Both the position numbers and the translations under genes were made by a program. Source: a virus. Taken from it: a DNA stretch of 64,000 nucleotides. The stretch is taken from positions 47,262-111,261 of IMG/VR virus record IMGVR_UViG_3300031649_000001, one strand, 5' to 3'. How positions within the stretch are numbered: the first letter of the stretch is position 1; each line of letters opens with the position of its first letter. Shown one piece after another: positions 1-10,481 of the stretch. The notes under the pieces were generated by a model. The model did no database searches. It had not been told where the DNA came from and saw nothing but the letters and a program-made list of their open reading frames with translations.

Positions 1-1833
1 GATCTTCTCAACCGGCTCGCAGATGTCCCGGCAGAGGACCAGCCCGCAGTCATCCAGCAGCACCTCACGGAGCACCCCGAGGTCACGGCCGCAGAACTCA
101 GCCAGGCCGTACTGGAGCTGTACGACGAGCTGTCCCCCGAGGACGCCGGACCCGCCAGCGAAGACGTCCTGGCCAAGCTGGAGACCCTGGCCCGGGTCGC
201 CGACGGCATCGGGGTCGTCACCCAGCAGCAGGACGAGCGCTCCGCGCGCGCCGCCGAGATCGGCGAACGCCTGCGCGGCCTGCGCGAGCCCACCGCCGAC
301 ACCACCGAAGACGGTGAAGGCGACGCCGACCCGGCTCCCGAAGCGGAGCTGACCCCCGAAGACGCAACCGCCGAGGACACCCCCGAGGAGCAGCCGGGGG
401 ACACCCCGGACGAGACCGAGGAGGGAGCCGGAGCCCAGGCACGAGAACTGGTGGCAGCCAACGTGAAGAACACCGCCCGCGTCCCGCTCGGCACCCGCCG
501 GGGCGCCGTCCCCGCCACGCAGGAGGGCGACGGCCCGTCCCCCTTCGCGACGTACAACCTCATCGCCGCCGCCGACGTCCCCGAGTTCGCCACCGGCCAG
601 GAGATGGAACACGGTCTGTCCGACGTGGCCCGCGCCTGGGAGAACCGGATGGGCCCGATGATCACGGGCAACGTCAACTCCGGCCGTGACGGCGAGCGCA
701 CCCGCGTGGGCCTGGCCCGGATCAAGCGCAAGGTGGACGACGCCTTCGTCATCCGGGAGGACGGCCGCCAGGCCGAGGAGGTCATCGCCCACGCCACCGA
801 CGAGTCCCGCCTGCCCGGCGGCTCCCTCGTGGCGGCGGCCGGATGGTGCGCCCCCAGCGAGCAGCTGTACGACCTCTGCCCCATCCGCATGACCGAAGAG
901 GGCATGATCGACCTCCCGGCCGTGACGGCCAGGCGTGGGGGTATCCGCTACCCGGCCGACTTCGACTGGTCCGCGATCTGGGGCTCCACCGGCTTCTACC
1001 TCACCGAGGCCGAGGCCATCGCCGGGGTCGAGAAGTCCTGCGTCGAGGTCCCGTGCCCGCCGGAGTTCGAAGAGTGCCGCATGGACGTGAGCGGGCTCTG
1101 CATCCGGACGCCGATCCTGATGGAGCGCGGCTGGCCGGAGCGCGTGGAGCAGTTCATCCAGGGCTCGCTCCTGATCCACGCCCACAAGATGAACGCCCGC
1201 AAGCTGGCCAAGATGGAGGCCATGAGCACGGCGGTCACCTTCCCGGCCGTCGCCGACCCGGACCCCGCCGCCGCCATCGTCGACCCTCACGGCCCCGGTG
1301 CGGTGGAGTCGCTGCTGTCCATCCTGGAACTCCAGGTCCAGTACCAGCGCTACCACTGGCGCCTGTCGCAGAACGCCACGCTGGAGATGGTGGCGCCGTA
1401 CTGGATGCGCGGCATCCTCAAGTCCGACCTGCGCAAGAAGCTCGGGATCGACAACCGGTGGAACGTCTCCGACTCCATGGTGGACGGCTACCTGCGCGCG
1501 GTCGGCGTCTCCCCCCAGTACGTCTACGACTGGCAGGACGCCCTCAGCTCCGGCACGGCGAGCGACTTCGGCGGTGACGTGCCCACCGAGTGGCCCGACA
1601 GCGTCAAGTTCCTCCTGTACCCGGCGGGCACGTTCTTCCAGCTCCAGGCGGACGTCATCAACCTGGACGGCGTCTACGACCACGCCTCGCTGATCGAGAA
1701 CATCTACACCGCCATCTTCACCGAGGAGGGCTGGCAGGTGTGCTCCCGCTGCCTCCAGTCGTACGTCGTCACGGTGCCGCTGTGCGCCAACGGCATCTCC
1801 GGCAGCCAGCAGCTCACCACCTGCTCGGCCTAG
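1..1833 (+). CDS. Major capsid (hexamer) protein, 5'-truncated, with acidic N-terminal scaffold-like region
   Basis: Frame 1 is open from base 1 (DLLNRLADVPAEDQ...) into ORF 451..1833; LVAAAGWCAPSEQLYDLC and ARRGGIRY resemble cluster-B-type actinophage capsid proteins. Confidence 0.85.
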   Translation, partial: DLLNRLADVPAEDQPAVIQQHLTEHPEVTAAELSQAVLELYDELSPEDAGPASEDVLAKLETLARVADGIGVVTQQQDERSARAAEIGERLRGLREPTADTTEDGEGDADPAPEAELTPEDATAEDTPEEQPGDTPDETEEGAGAQARELVAANVKNTARVPLGTRRGAVPATQEGDGPSPFATYNLIAAADVPEFATGQEMEHGLSDVARAWENRMGPMITGNVNSGRDGERTRVGLARIKRKVDDAFVIREDGRQAEEVIAHATDESRLPGGSLVAAAGWCAPSEQLYDLCPIRMTEEGMIDLPAVTARRGGIRYPADFDWSAIWGSTGFYLTEAEAIAGVEKSCVEVPCPPEFEECRMDVSGLCIRTPILMERGWPERVEQFIQGSLLIHAHKMNARKLAKMEAMSTAVTFPAVADPDPAAAIVDPHGPGAVESLLSILELQVQYQRYHWRLSQNATLEMVAPYWMRGILKSDLRKKLGIDNRWNVSDSMVDGYLRAVGVSPQYVYDWQDALSSGTASDFGGDVPTEWPDSVKFLLYPAGTFFQLQADVINLDGVYDHASLIENIYTAIFTEEGWQVCSRCLQSYVVTVPLCANGISGSQQLTTCSA

Positions 1834-1954
1834 CAGCAGACCCGGCCGCCCGCCCGCCCGGCCGGGCGGCCGACTGGTGTGGCCGGGGTCCCCAGTCCCC
1901 GTTCTGGAGGCCCCGGCCGCTTCGCTCGCAGGCCCCTGACGCAACGGAGACCCC

Positions 1955-2803
1955 GTGTCTACACCCACACCAGGCAAGACCTGGGTGGACTCGCCCCCAC
2001 CCCTGGAGCCGTACCGATTCGGGCTGTTCTCCGTCGCGAGCATCACCGACGGCGAGGGGCCGTGGCAGCGCGCCGGAGTCGAGTACTTCACCGACCACTG
2101 CGCCCAGGGCGGCTACATCCTCGGGATGTGTCCGGCCCCGCTGGACCCCGGCCCCGGCACCACCCACGACAAGACCGTCTTCAGCGGCCCCGAACTCACC
2201 GAGGGCTCCAGCCCGTTCACCATCTACAGCCGTGCCGAGTGCAACGCCGTCGGGTTCGAGGACCCGCGCGGCATGGCCCTCACCCGGCTGGGCCTCATCG
2301 AGGAGCGCGAGGCGGAGAAGGCTTTCGCGGCGCTCCTGCTCGGCCTGGAGGACCCGCGCTACCCGCTGGGTGAGGCGGCCGAGGCCGTGGACCTCAAGGC
2401 CGCCCTGGGAGCGCTGGAGAAGGACGCCGCGCTCTTCTACACCGGCGCGCCCACCCTCCACGCACCCCGCTGGACGCAGCCCTACTGGGACAGCCTCAAC
2501 CTGCTCCAGCCCAACAGCGACACCGGCACCGTCCGCCGCACCCACCTGGACTCCCGGGTCGCGTTCGGCGGCGGCTACCCGGACAACCCCTTCGACCCCG
2601 ACGACCCCCCGGCCGCCGACACCTTCTGGCTCGTCGCGACGGGCACGGTGCGCGGCTTCCGTGGCGCGGCCTTCGCGAACGAGACCTTCACGCAGACCGA
2701 CAACACACGGATGGCCCTGGCCGAGCGCACGTACGCGATGGACGCGGACTGCTACCGGGCGGCGGCGCTGGTGACCGTGGGAACCGTGGGAGGTGGGGCC
2801 TGA
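1955..2803 (+). CDS. Probable major capsid pentamer / second capsid protein
   Basis: Follows the MCP; YRFGLFSVA...W.R.GVEY...PFTIY.R.EC pattern typical of the gene after the hexamer gene in cluster-B-like phages. Confidence 0.65.
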   Translation: MSTPTPGKTWVDSPPPLEPYRFGLFSVASITDGEGPWQRAGVEYFTDHCAQGGYILGMCPAPLDPGPGTTHDKTVFSGPELTEGSSPFTIYSRAECNAVGFEDPRGMALTRLGLIEEREAEKAFAALLLGLEDPRYPLGEAAEAVDLKAALGALEKDAALFYTGAPTLHAPRWTQPYWDSLNLLQPNSDTGTVRRTHLDSRVAFGGGYPDNPFDPDDPPAADTFWLVATGTVRGFRGAAFANETFTQTDNTRMALAERTYAMDADCYRAAALVTVGTVGGGA

Positions 2804-3252
2804 TGGCCACCGGCGACTACACGCTGATCTACCCCACCCCGAAGGTGGGGCTGCCCCGGCTCACCCGCGCCGCGCTGGCGCTGGCCGGTTCGGCGTACGT
2901 GAGCGTCGTGTCCGGCGCGGGAAGCCAGGCGCTCCGGGTCCCCGCAGACCGGGCCGAGGCCATCTACGACCACGCCGGACTGACCGCCGACGGCGAGGAC
3001 ATCCACGACCCGCCGACCGATGCCGAGGTGGCCGCCCGGCCGCCGGAGAAGACCCCCGATCCCGCGTCGGGCCCGGTCGCGGAGAGCACCGGCCCCGACG
3101 CGCCCAAGCTGACCGCCGCCCCCACGCCCAAGGCAGCCCCGCCCGCCGCTACACCCGGCCGCCCGGCCGGGCGGGCGGGCGGCCGGACGGCCCGCAAGGC
3201 GGCCAAGAAGACCACCCCGCGCTCCACCGGCGCGCCCAAGAAGGAGGGATGA
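2803..3252 (+). CDS. Hypothetical virion-module protein with Pro/Ala/Lys-rich tail
   Basis: TGATG coupling to the previous gene, GC3 bias. Confidence 0.7.
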   Translation: MATGDYTLIYPTPKVGLPRLTRAALALAGSAYVSVVSGAGSQALRVPADRAEAIYDHAGLTADGEDIHDPPTDAEVAARPPEKTPDPASGPVAESTGPDAPKLTAAPTPKAAPPAATPGRPAGRAGGRTARKAAKKTTPRSTGAPKKEG

Positions 3253-3255
3253 CCA

Positions 3256-4722
3256 GTGGCGACAAGCTGCCCGAGCTTCCTGCGCGGCACGGCGATGCGC
3301 GTGACGCGGCTGGATGCCTGCGGCCGACCCGTCTACGGGGACGGGAACATGGTGGTCAGTGACGGGTTCGTCACGGCCACCCTGTCGGCCGAGGTGCAGG
3401 AGGGTGACGCCATCACCGTCACCAAGGCCAACGGCCAGACCTGCATCAACGAGCCCGGCGAAGACCAGCTCCAGTGGTACACGACGGAGATCGAGTTCTG
3501 CCAGGTCGACCCCGACCTGATCCAGATCATGAACCAGTCGTGGGACAAGGTCCTGGACGCCCAGGGCAACGTGATCGGCTACAACGCCAACGGCACCCTC
3601 TCCGGCGACGGCTTCGCGCTGGAGATCTGGATGGACACCTACGGCACCGGCGACGCCTGCTCCGGCGACACCGCCCAGGGCTCGTGGGGCTACATCCTGC
3701 TGCCGTGGGTCAAGGGCGGCGCGCCCGGTGATATCGAGATCGGCAACGACGCGATCTCCTTCACCTTCAACGGCAAGACCAAGGTCGGCTCCGCCTGGCG
3801 GCGCGGCCCCTACGCCGTGCAGCTCCAGGCCAACGGCGCACCCGGCCCGCTCCTCCAGCCCATCGGCGACAACACCCACTACCGGCTCTTCGAGACCACG
3901 CTCCGCCCGCCGGAGCCGGAGTGCGGAGCTCAGCCGGTGGACCGCCCGACTCCGGAGGTGGCCGAGCTGACCATCACCGGCGTGGCCGGGGAGAGCCCCC
4001 GCCGTACCGTCCGCCTGCGCGCGGACAACCACGGCTTCGGCCCGGTGACCATCGACTGGGGCGACGCCTCCACGGACACCATCGCCAGCGACGGCGCCTG
4101 GGTGACGCACACCTACGCCGCCGACGGCGAGTACACCATCACCGTCCGGGACCAGCAGACCCCGGCCGTCACGGTGACCAAGGACATCACCGTCCCGCTC
4201 CCCGCCGACGACCCGATCCTCACGCTGACCGCCGACGACCCCGAGGACCGGTACACCGTGACCGCCACGGTGACGCTGCCGGAGCAGTCCTCCGGCGTGG
4301 CGAACATCGACTGGGGCGACGGCACCGACCCCGAAGAGGTCACCGTCGGCGTGGACGGCACCGTCGACGTCACCCACACCTACACGGCGGCCGGGGTCTA
4401 CACGGTCACCGTGCGCCGGGCGGACGTGGAGACCTACCGCGCCCGCGAAGCCGTCGCGGTCCCGGTCCAGGACGACCCGACCGTGACCTTCGCCGAGGAC
4501 ACCGCCGACGCCACCGCCCACACGGTCGAGCTGACCTGGGACAACGCCCCCAACGGCCCCGTGAGCATCAACTGGGGCGACGGCACGGTGGTGGACCAGA
4601 CCGAGGACGGCACCGACGTGACGCACCTGTACGCCACCAACGGCAGCAAGACGGTGACCGTGACCAGCAAGGCGAACGCTGCGGCGTCCACCAGCGTCAC
4701 CTTCACCATCCCGTTCCCGTAG
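3256..4722 (+). CDS. Major tail (tube) protein with three C-terminal PKD/Ig-like domains
   Basis: RGTAMRVTRLDACGRP N-terminus; three I(D/N)WGD...VTHxY PKD motifs. Confidence 0.85.
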   Translation: MATSCPSFLRGTAMRVTRLDACGRPVYGDGNMVVSDGFVTATLSAEVQEGDAITVTKANGQTCINEPGEDQLQWYTTEIEFCQVDPDLIQIMNQSWDKVLDAQGNVIGYNANGTLSGDGFALEIWMDTYGTGDACSGDTAQGSWGYILLPWVKGGAPGDIEIGNDAISFTFNGKTKVGSAWRRGPYAVQLQANGAPGPLLQPIGDNTHYRLFETTLRPPEPECGAQPVDRPTPEVAELTITGVAGESPRRTVRLRADNHGFGPVTIDWGDASTDTIASDGAWVTHTYAADGEYTITVRDQQTPAVTVTKDITVPLPADDPILTLTADDPEDRYTVTATVTLPEQSSGVANIDWGDGTDPEEVTVGVDGTVDVTHTYTAAGVYTVTVRRADVETYRAREAVAVPVQDDPTVTFAEDTADATAHTVELTWDNAPNGPVSINWGDGTVVDQTEDGTDVTHLYATNGSKTVTVTSKANAAASTSVTFTIPFP

Positions 4723-4852
4723 GCCCACCAGCCCCCGCCCGGCCGCCCGGCCGGGCGGGCGGCCGACCCCCTGTCCGCCCACGACCCAGACCCCCGGCGC
4801 CGCCTTCTATCCCACGGGCGGCGGCGCCGGGCCCCACTCCCAGGAGGCAGCC

Positions 4853-5425
4853 ATGGCTGGCGTCAAGATCATCGCCACTCAGGAGACCATGCAGCAGATC
4901 GCCCAGCAGCTCGTCTGCTGGGACAACGGCACCGGCTCCAAGCAGAACATCATCTACCGCACCGACGGCAACCTGCCGTACTTCGAGATCCCGGCGGGAG
5001 TCTGCGACGGCGCGCCCGCGCTCACGCTGACCCCCGGCGGCGCGACCATCACCTGCCCGGACGAGGGCGCGACCACCATCGTGCAGCCGACGGACGCCGA
5101 GGTGAGCGGCGTGAACCCCAACAGCTGCACGCTCATCGGGCCCCCGACCACCCTCGCGGTGGAGGGCACCCCCACCACCACCGCCATCACCGTGGACTGG
5201 GTCGCCCCGGCCGGTGCGGCACCCACCGGCTACCGGCTGGCCTACCGCGCCGACGGCTCCAGCGGCGCGTGGACCTACATCACGGTGGGGGCGGGGGTCC
5301 TCACGGCCACCGCGACCGGCCTGACCATCGACACGGACTACGACTTCAAGGTGCAGGCCCTCCACGGCACCTACAGCTCCGCGTTCACCTCGCCCGACGT
5401 CACCATCTCCACCGCCGCCGCCTGA
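4853..5425 (+). CDS. Fibronectin type III domain virion protein
   Basis: AITVDWVAP...TGYRLAY...TGLTIDTDYDFKVQA FN3 signature; AGGAGG RBS. Confidence 0.8.
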   Translation: MAGVKIIATQETMQQIAQQLVCWDNGTGSKQNIIYRTDGNLPYFEIPAGVCDGAPALTLTPGGATITCPDEGATTIVQPTDAEVSGVNPNSCTLIGPPTTLAVEGTPTTTAITVDWVAPAGAAPTGYRLAYRADGSSGAWTYITVGAGVLTATATGLTIDTDYDFKVQALHGTYSSAFTSPDVTISTAAA

Positions 5426-5500
5426 TCCCATCCACGCAGATCGACCCTCCGGGCGGGCGGCTGACCGGCCGCCCGCCCGGCCGTACGTCCTGGAGGCGCC

Positions 5501-8500
5501 GTGGCTCTGGCCGAGTACGACGACGTGTACTGGTTTCCGGACGGGACGCTCGCCCGGAACATTCCCGCGCGCGTCTTCCCGGAGCACTCCAACGAGTTCG
5601 CGACCCTCTACACCGACGCCACCGGCGACACCGAACTCCCCAATCCCCTCAACACCGACAACGACGGCCGCCTCACCTTCTGGGCCGAAGCGGGGATCTA
5701 CTGGATCCACATCGACAGCGAGTCCATCCGCGTCGGCGTCGGCACCAGCGAAGAGGGCGTGACCCCGGCGCAGGTCGCGGCGGCCATCGCCGCACACAAC
5801 GCCGACCACACCGACGTCCACGGCATCGTGGAGACGGCGGACCTGGCCACGGATGCGGAGCTGGCCGCACACGCGGCCGACACCACGAGCGTGCACGGCA
5901 TCGCCAACACGGCGCTGCTGGAGACGCAGGCCGGGGCACAGGCGAAGGCGGACGCGGCTCAGGCGGCGGCCGAGGCGAACGCCAGCGCCGACGCCGCCGG
6001 GCAGATCTCCGAGGCGCGCGGCGAGCTGGAGGAGGACATCGCCGCCGGGGACGCCGCGCAGGCTGCGGCGCTGGCCGCGCACGCCGCCGACACGACCAAC
6101 GTCCACGGCATCCCCGACACGGCCAACATCCCCACGAACGCCGAGTTCGAGCAGGTCCAGGCGGACCTCGCCGCGCACGAGGCCGACACCACGGCGGTGC
6201 ACGGCATCGCGAACACGGCCGACCTGGCCACCGACGCGGATGTGGCTGCGGTGGCGTCGGGCCTGGCCGATCACGTCGCCGACACGACCGGCGTCCACGG
6301 CATCGCCAACACCGCCGACCTGCTCACGACCGCGGACCTTGAGCAGTACGCCACCGACGCGGAGCTGGCCGCTCACGTCGCCGACACCACGGCGGTCCAC
6401 GGCATCACGGACACGGCCGACCTGGTCACGAGCGCGGATCTGGCCGGGCTGGCGACGGACGCCGAGGTGGCCGCCGTCCAGGGCAACCTGGACGCGCACG
6501 CCGCCGACACCACGGCGGTGCACGGCATCGCGAACACGGCCGACCTGGTGACGGATGCGGATCTGGCCGGGCTGGCGACTGAGGCCGCCCTGGAAGCCCA
6601 CGCCAGCGCCACCACCGACGTCCACGGCATCACCGACACCGGCGACCTGCTGACCCAGGCCGACCTGGACGAGTACGCCACGGACGCGGAGCTGGCCGCG
6701 CACGCGGCCGACACCACGGCGGTCCACGGCATCGCGAACACCGCCGACCTGGAGACGGCCACCGGCGCCCAGACCAAGGCCGACGCCGCCCGTGACGCGG
6801 CCATCGCCGACGCCGCCACCAAGTACCTCAACCGGCTCACCGGCGGCACCGTGACCGGCGACGTGATCATTGAGGGGGCGAACCTCACCGTCCAGAAGCC
6901 GGACGACGCGGGCGGCTACCGGCTGCGCACCACCGGCTCCTCCAACGACCTGGACGTCTCCCTCGAAACGTTCGTGTCGTTCTTCGCGAACCCGGACTTC
7001 TCGGGGACGCAGACGCCGCTCATGCGGTGGGAGGCCGCCGGGCCTCACCTCATCGGGCACGTGCAGATCGGCTCCAACCCCTACGACTCCGTCTTCGACT
7101 TCGACGCTGCTGCCGCCGCCGCCACCTTCAACGGGGACCTCACCGTCACCGGCGCCCTGAACGCCAACGGGGTGACGGACTGGATCAACGCCAGGACCCA
7201 CGGCGCCACCGGCGATGACGTCACCGACGACATCGACGCCCTGGAAGACGCCGTGCAGGCGTGCCCGCTGGGCGGTGTGGTCTACCTGCCCAACGGCCGC
7301 TACCGCACCTCGCGGACGCTGTACGTGCCGCCCGGGGTGACGGTGATGATGCCCCACGCCAACCTGATGGCGGTGCCGGGCATCACCGACCCGCCGTGCT
7401 CCATCAAGCCGCTCGATGAGTTCACCGGCCCGGCCGCCATCGGGTTCCTCAACCAGACGGCAGGCGGCTACCCGGCCATCCCCGCAGAACACCGCCTGGT
7501 CAACGTGATGATCGACGGCTCCGCCTACACGGCCGCCGCGCTCGACGGCATCCAGGCGAAGGGGAACATCCAGAACATCTGCATGTACGGCTGCACCATC
7601 CGCTACATGTCCGGCAATGGCATCTACACCGACATCGGCGCCGACAGCGTGTTCCCGTACTCGTGGCGCCTCTACAGGGTCATGATCGACAACTGCGACG
7701 GGCACGGCTTCGCGTTCAACGTGATGACCGACATCACCCTTTTCGACTGCCAGTCCATCGGCAACGGGGCGAACGGCTTCTACCTGCGCAACCTGGCCAA
7801 CTCGCAGATGTCGCTGTGCCGGGCGGAGTGGAACGGCAACCACGGCTACGCCTTCACCGGCGACTGGGGCGAAGGCGCCGGTGCGGGGGCGCTGGTGGCG
7901 TCGGGCTGTTCCACGGACCGCAACGGCTGGGACGGCATCCACGTGGATGCGACCGGCACCACACCCATCGTGTTCAACGGGCTCATGCTGAGGCGCGACG
8001 GCCGCAACAACGGCGCCGGGGGCGGCGGGTACGCGGCCCTGGCCACCTACGCGGCCACCATCCCCATCGTGGTGGACGGACTGACCGTCTACCCGGGCAC
8101 CGACGACAACGGCACCGGCACCTCATCCCCGGAGATGGGCGTCAACCTCCAGGCCGTCACCGAGGCGTTCACCCTCGACAATGCATATATCCACGTAGCC
8201 ACGACCCCGCTCAACGACGACGGCACCAACCTCCGCGTCCAGCTCGGCCCGAACATCATCCGCGCCACCGGCCCCACCACCGCCCCCGTAGTGGCGCCGG
8301 TGTCGGCGTGGAACTGGGCCGGGACGGCGACCGCCCAGCAGGAGGCCGCCGCCGACAACGTCCTGGAGACGCTGATCGCGGGCGAGGACTTCCCCCGCTC
8401 GGTCATCCGCGCGGATGGAATGGTGGTGTTCGGCGGCGGCACCGTCGCGCCGGACACACCGGGCTGGTACCGCGAGATCGGGGGCAACCTCAAGACCGAC

Positions 8501-8839
8501 TCCTACGTGAACATGAACTCCGGCGGCCAGTCCGGCGGCCCCTTCACCTCCTGGGCGGCCGACCCCAAGGCGCTGCGGGCGGGCGCCGGAGGCGGCGGAC
8601 TGTCCGTCGCCGAGGGCGCCAACGGCCGCCTGGGGGTTGCCACGCTGGTGGCCGGGACCGTGACCGTGGCCAACACCAGCATCACCGCCACCAGCCGGAT
8701 CTTCATCACGCGGTCCGCCGCCGGGGGCACCCTCGGCCACCTCACCGTCACCAAGAACGCGGGCGTGGGCTTCACCGTCACCAGCTCCAGCCCGACCGAG
8801 ACATCCACCGTGGAGTGGTTCGCGGTGGAGCCGTCGTAG
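5501..8839 (+). CDS. Fibre/spike protein: His-repeat stalk plus pectate-lyase-like beta-helix (depolymerase-like)
   Basis: Nine AHxADTTxVHGIxxTADL repeats; GATGDDVTDD...GGVVYLPNGRY beta-helix cap; repeated NGxxG motifs. Confidence 0.8.
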   Translation: MALAEYDDVYWFPDGTLARNIPARVFPEHSNEFATLYTDATGDTELPNPLNTDNDGRLTFWAEAGIYWIHIDSESIRVGVGTSEEGVTPAQVAAAIAAHNADHTDVHGIVETADLATDAELAAHAADTTSVHGIANTALLETQAGAQAKADAAQAAAEANASADAAGQISEARGELEEDIAAGDAAQAAALAAHAADTTNVHGIPDTANIPTNAEFEQVQADLAAHEADTTAVHGIANTADLATDADVAAVASGLADHVADTTGVHGIANTADLLTTADLEQYATDAELAAHVADTTAVHGITDTADLVTSADLAGLATDAEVAAVQGNLDAHAADTTAVHGIANTADLVTDADLAGLATEAALEAHASATTDVHGITDTGDLLTQADLDEYATDAELAAHAADTTAVHGIANTADLETATGAQTKADAARDAAIADAATKYLNRLTGGTVTGDVIIEGANLTVQKPDDAGGYRLRTTGSSNDLDVSLETFVSFFANPDFSGTQTPLMRWEAAGPHLIGHVQIGSNPYDSVFDFDAAAAAATFNGDLTVTGALNANGVTDWINARTHGATGDDVTDDIDALEDAVQACPLGGVVYLPNGRYRTSRTLYVPPGVTVMMPHANLMAVPGITDPPCSIKPLDEFTGPAAIGFLNQTAGGYPAIPAEHRLVNVMIDGSAYTAAALDGIQAKGNIQNICMYGCTIRYMSGNGIYTDIGADSVFPYSWRLYRVMIDNCDGHGFAFNVMTDITLFDCQSIGNGANGFYLRNLANSQMSLCRAEWNGNHGYAFTGDWGEGAGAGALVASGCSTDRNGWDGIHVDATGTTPIVFNGLMLRRDGRNNGAGGGGYAALATYAATIPIVVDGLTVYPGTDDNGTGTSSPEMGVNLQAVTEAFTLDNAYIHVATTPLNDDGTNLRVQLGPNIIRATGPTTAPVVAPVSAWNWAGTATAQQEAAADNVLETLIAGEDFPRSVIRADGMVVFGGGTVAPDTPGWYREIGGNLKTDSYVNMNSGGQSGGPFTSWAADPKALRAGAGGGGLSVAEGANGRLGVATLVAGTVTVANTSITATSRIFITRSAAGGTLGHLTVTKNAGVGFTVTSSSPTETSTVEWFAVEPS
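5791..6750 (+). repeat. Nine tandem coding repeats (GCCGACACCACGGCGGTSCACGGCATC core)
   Basis: Direct repeats visible at DNA and protein level. Confidence 0.9.
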
Positions 8840-8880
8840 CCTGACCGGACCAACCTGAACCGCCGACCGGGGGAGGCCCA

Positions 8881-9759
8881 ATGCCCGTCATCAACCCCAC
8901 CGTCCCCGGCCCCATCACACCGGACGGCTCGGGACCGTGCGCGTGGCCGCTGGACACCGCGTGCGCCCCGGAGTTCCCGCCGCTCGTGGCCGACTGGACC
9001 CCTCAGCACGTCCTTGCCGTGGAGATCGCCACGGAGCTGCTGTGGGCGCGTACCGCCGGGCGGTACGGGCTGTGCCCGGAGCTGATCCGGCCGTGCCGCC
9101 GGGCGTGCTCCCCCGACCGCCACGGGACCGGCTGGCTCTGGGACCCCCAGCAGACCGCCCCCCTCAACCCCTACCTGGACGAGCGCGGCAAGTGGTTCAA
9201 CTTCGGGTGCGGGTGCTCCCGGGAGAACTGCGGCTGCAAGCCCCTGTGCACCATCCGCCTGCCCGGCCCGGTCAACGCGGTGGTGGAGGTCCGCGTGGAC
9301 GGGGAGGTGCTCCCGCCCGACGAATACGTGCTCCACCGGCGCTCCGGCTACGGCGACCTGATCCGCAAGGGCGGCCTGGAGGGCGAGTGCTGGCCGACCT
9401 GTCAAGACCTGGAGAAGGACGTCACCGAACCCGGAACGTTCTCCGTGCTGTACCTGCGCGGGAAGGCCGTCCCCGCCGCCGGGATGCGCGCGCTCGGCTC
9501 CCTCGCCAACGAGATCTACAAGCAGTGCACCGGCGCCCGGGGCTGCCGCCTGCCGGAGCGGGTCCAGACCGTCACGAGGGAGGGCGTCACGTACGAGATG
9601 TTCGACCCCGGGGAGTGGCTGGACAAGGGCTACACCGGCCTGCGCGACGTGGACACGTGGATCGCCACGGTGAACCCCAACAGCCTGCGCCAGCCCAGCG
9701 CCGTGTTCAGCCTCGACCTTGACCCGGCGCCGTGGGCGCAGCGAGGAGACCAGCCGTGA
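8881..9759 (+). CDS. Head-to-tail adaptor
   Basis: ATELLWARTAGRYG, CRLPERVQTVTREGVTYE, TGLRDVDTWIATVNP motifs of cluster-B-type adaptors. Confidence 0.75.
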   Translation: MPVINPTVPGPITPDGSGPCAWPLDTACAPEFPPLVADWTPQHVLAVEIATELLWARTAGRYGLCPELIRPCRRACSPDRHGTGWLWDPQQTAPLNPYLDERGKWFNFGCGCSRENCGCKPLCTIRLPGPVNAVVEVRVDGEVLPPDEYVLHRRSGYGDLIRKGGLEGECWPTCQDLEKDVTEPGTFSVLYLRGKAVPAAGMRALGSLANEIYKQCTGARGCRLPERVQTVTREGVTYEMFDPGEWLDKGYTGLRDVDTWIATVNPNSLRQPSAVFSLDLDPAPWAQRGDQP

Positions 9760-10271
9760 CCACCCCCGTCCTCACCCCCGAGCAGGCCGACCCGGTCCTG
9801 GGCCCCAAGCTCCAGAGCTTTCTGGCGTGCGTGTGTGCGGAGCTGGCCGACGCCGGGCGGCCGGTGTGTCACTGCTGCCTGGTATGGGGAGCGACCCGGC
9901 CCCCGGCCGACTACTGCGACTGCGACTGTGCGGACGGCCACGGCCAGGCGTACGTGCGGGTGGTCCGGCTGGACCCCCAGTCCACCGGCAACCGGACCAC
10001 GATGATGAAGTGCCAGCCGGTACGGGTGCGCGCCTGGGTGGAGGCCGGTGTGTACCGGTGCGTGCCGACCGGCGACGGCGGCGAGCCCGTCACCTGCGAC
10101 GAGCGGACCGAGTCCGCCTGGGGGTTCATCCGCGACGCCCGCGCCCTGCGGGCGGCGGTCGCCTGCTGCGACGCCCTCAAGAAGGACCGCATCGAGTTCA
10201 TGTCCCAGGACCCCGCCGACGTCTCCGGCGGCTGTTCCGGCGTCTCCGTCCAGTTCACCCTGGATCTCTGA
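9756..10271 (+). CDS. Probable tail terminator / completion protein (Cys-rich)
   Basis: GTGA overlap with adaptor; GQAYVRV...GVYRCVP...SGGCSG pattern; synteny. Confidence 0.6.
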   Translation: MTTPVLTPEQADPVLGPKLQSFLACVCAELADAGRPVCHCCLVWGATRPPADYCDCDCADGHGQAYVRVVRLDPQSTGNRTTMMKCQPVRVRAWVEAGVYRCVPTGDGGEPVTCDERTESAWGFIRDARALRAAVACCDALKKDRIEFMSQDPADVSGGCSGVSVQFTLDL

Positions 10272-10395
10272 TGTACTGACCCCCGTGTCTGAGCCCTTGG
10301 CGGGTCCGGACCCTGTGCGTCGAGGCCCCGAGGGTGGTTCCCCGGGGCCTCCGCCGTTCCCCCCTCCTCCGTGACCGCCCTCCTACGCACTGTGA

Positions 10396-10451
10396 TGAGA
10401 CACGGGGTTTGCGCACGGGGATGCGGGCCTATAACGTTGCGCCCCGTCACA
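10396..10451 (+). promoter_or_regulatory. Dyad promoter cassette (degenerate right arm)
   Basis: TGAGACAC-gggg-tTTGCGC-17bp-TAACGT...cgtcaca. Confidence 0.65.
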
Positions 10452-10481
10452 ACCTGCACACATCACCCTGGGGGGACCCAA

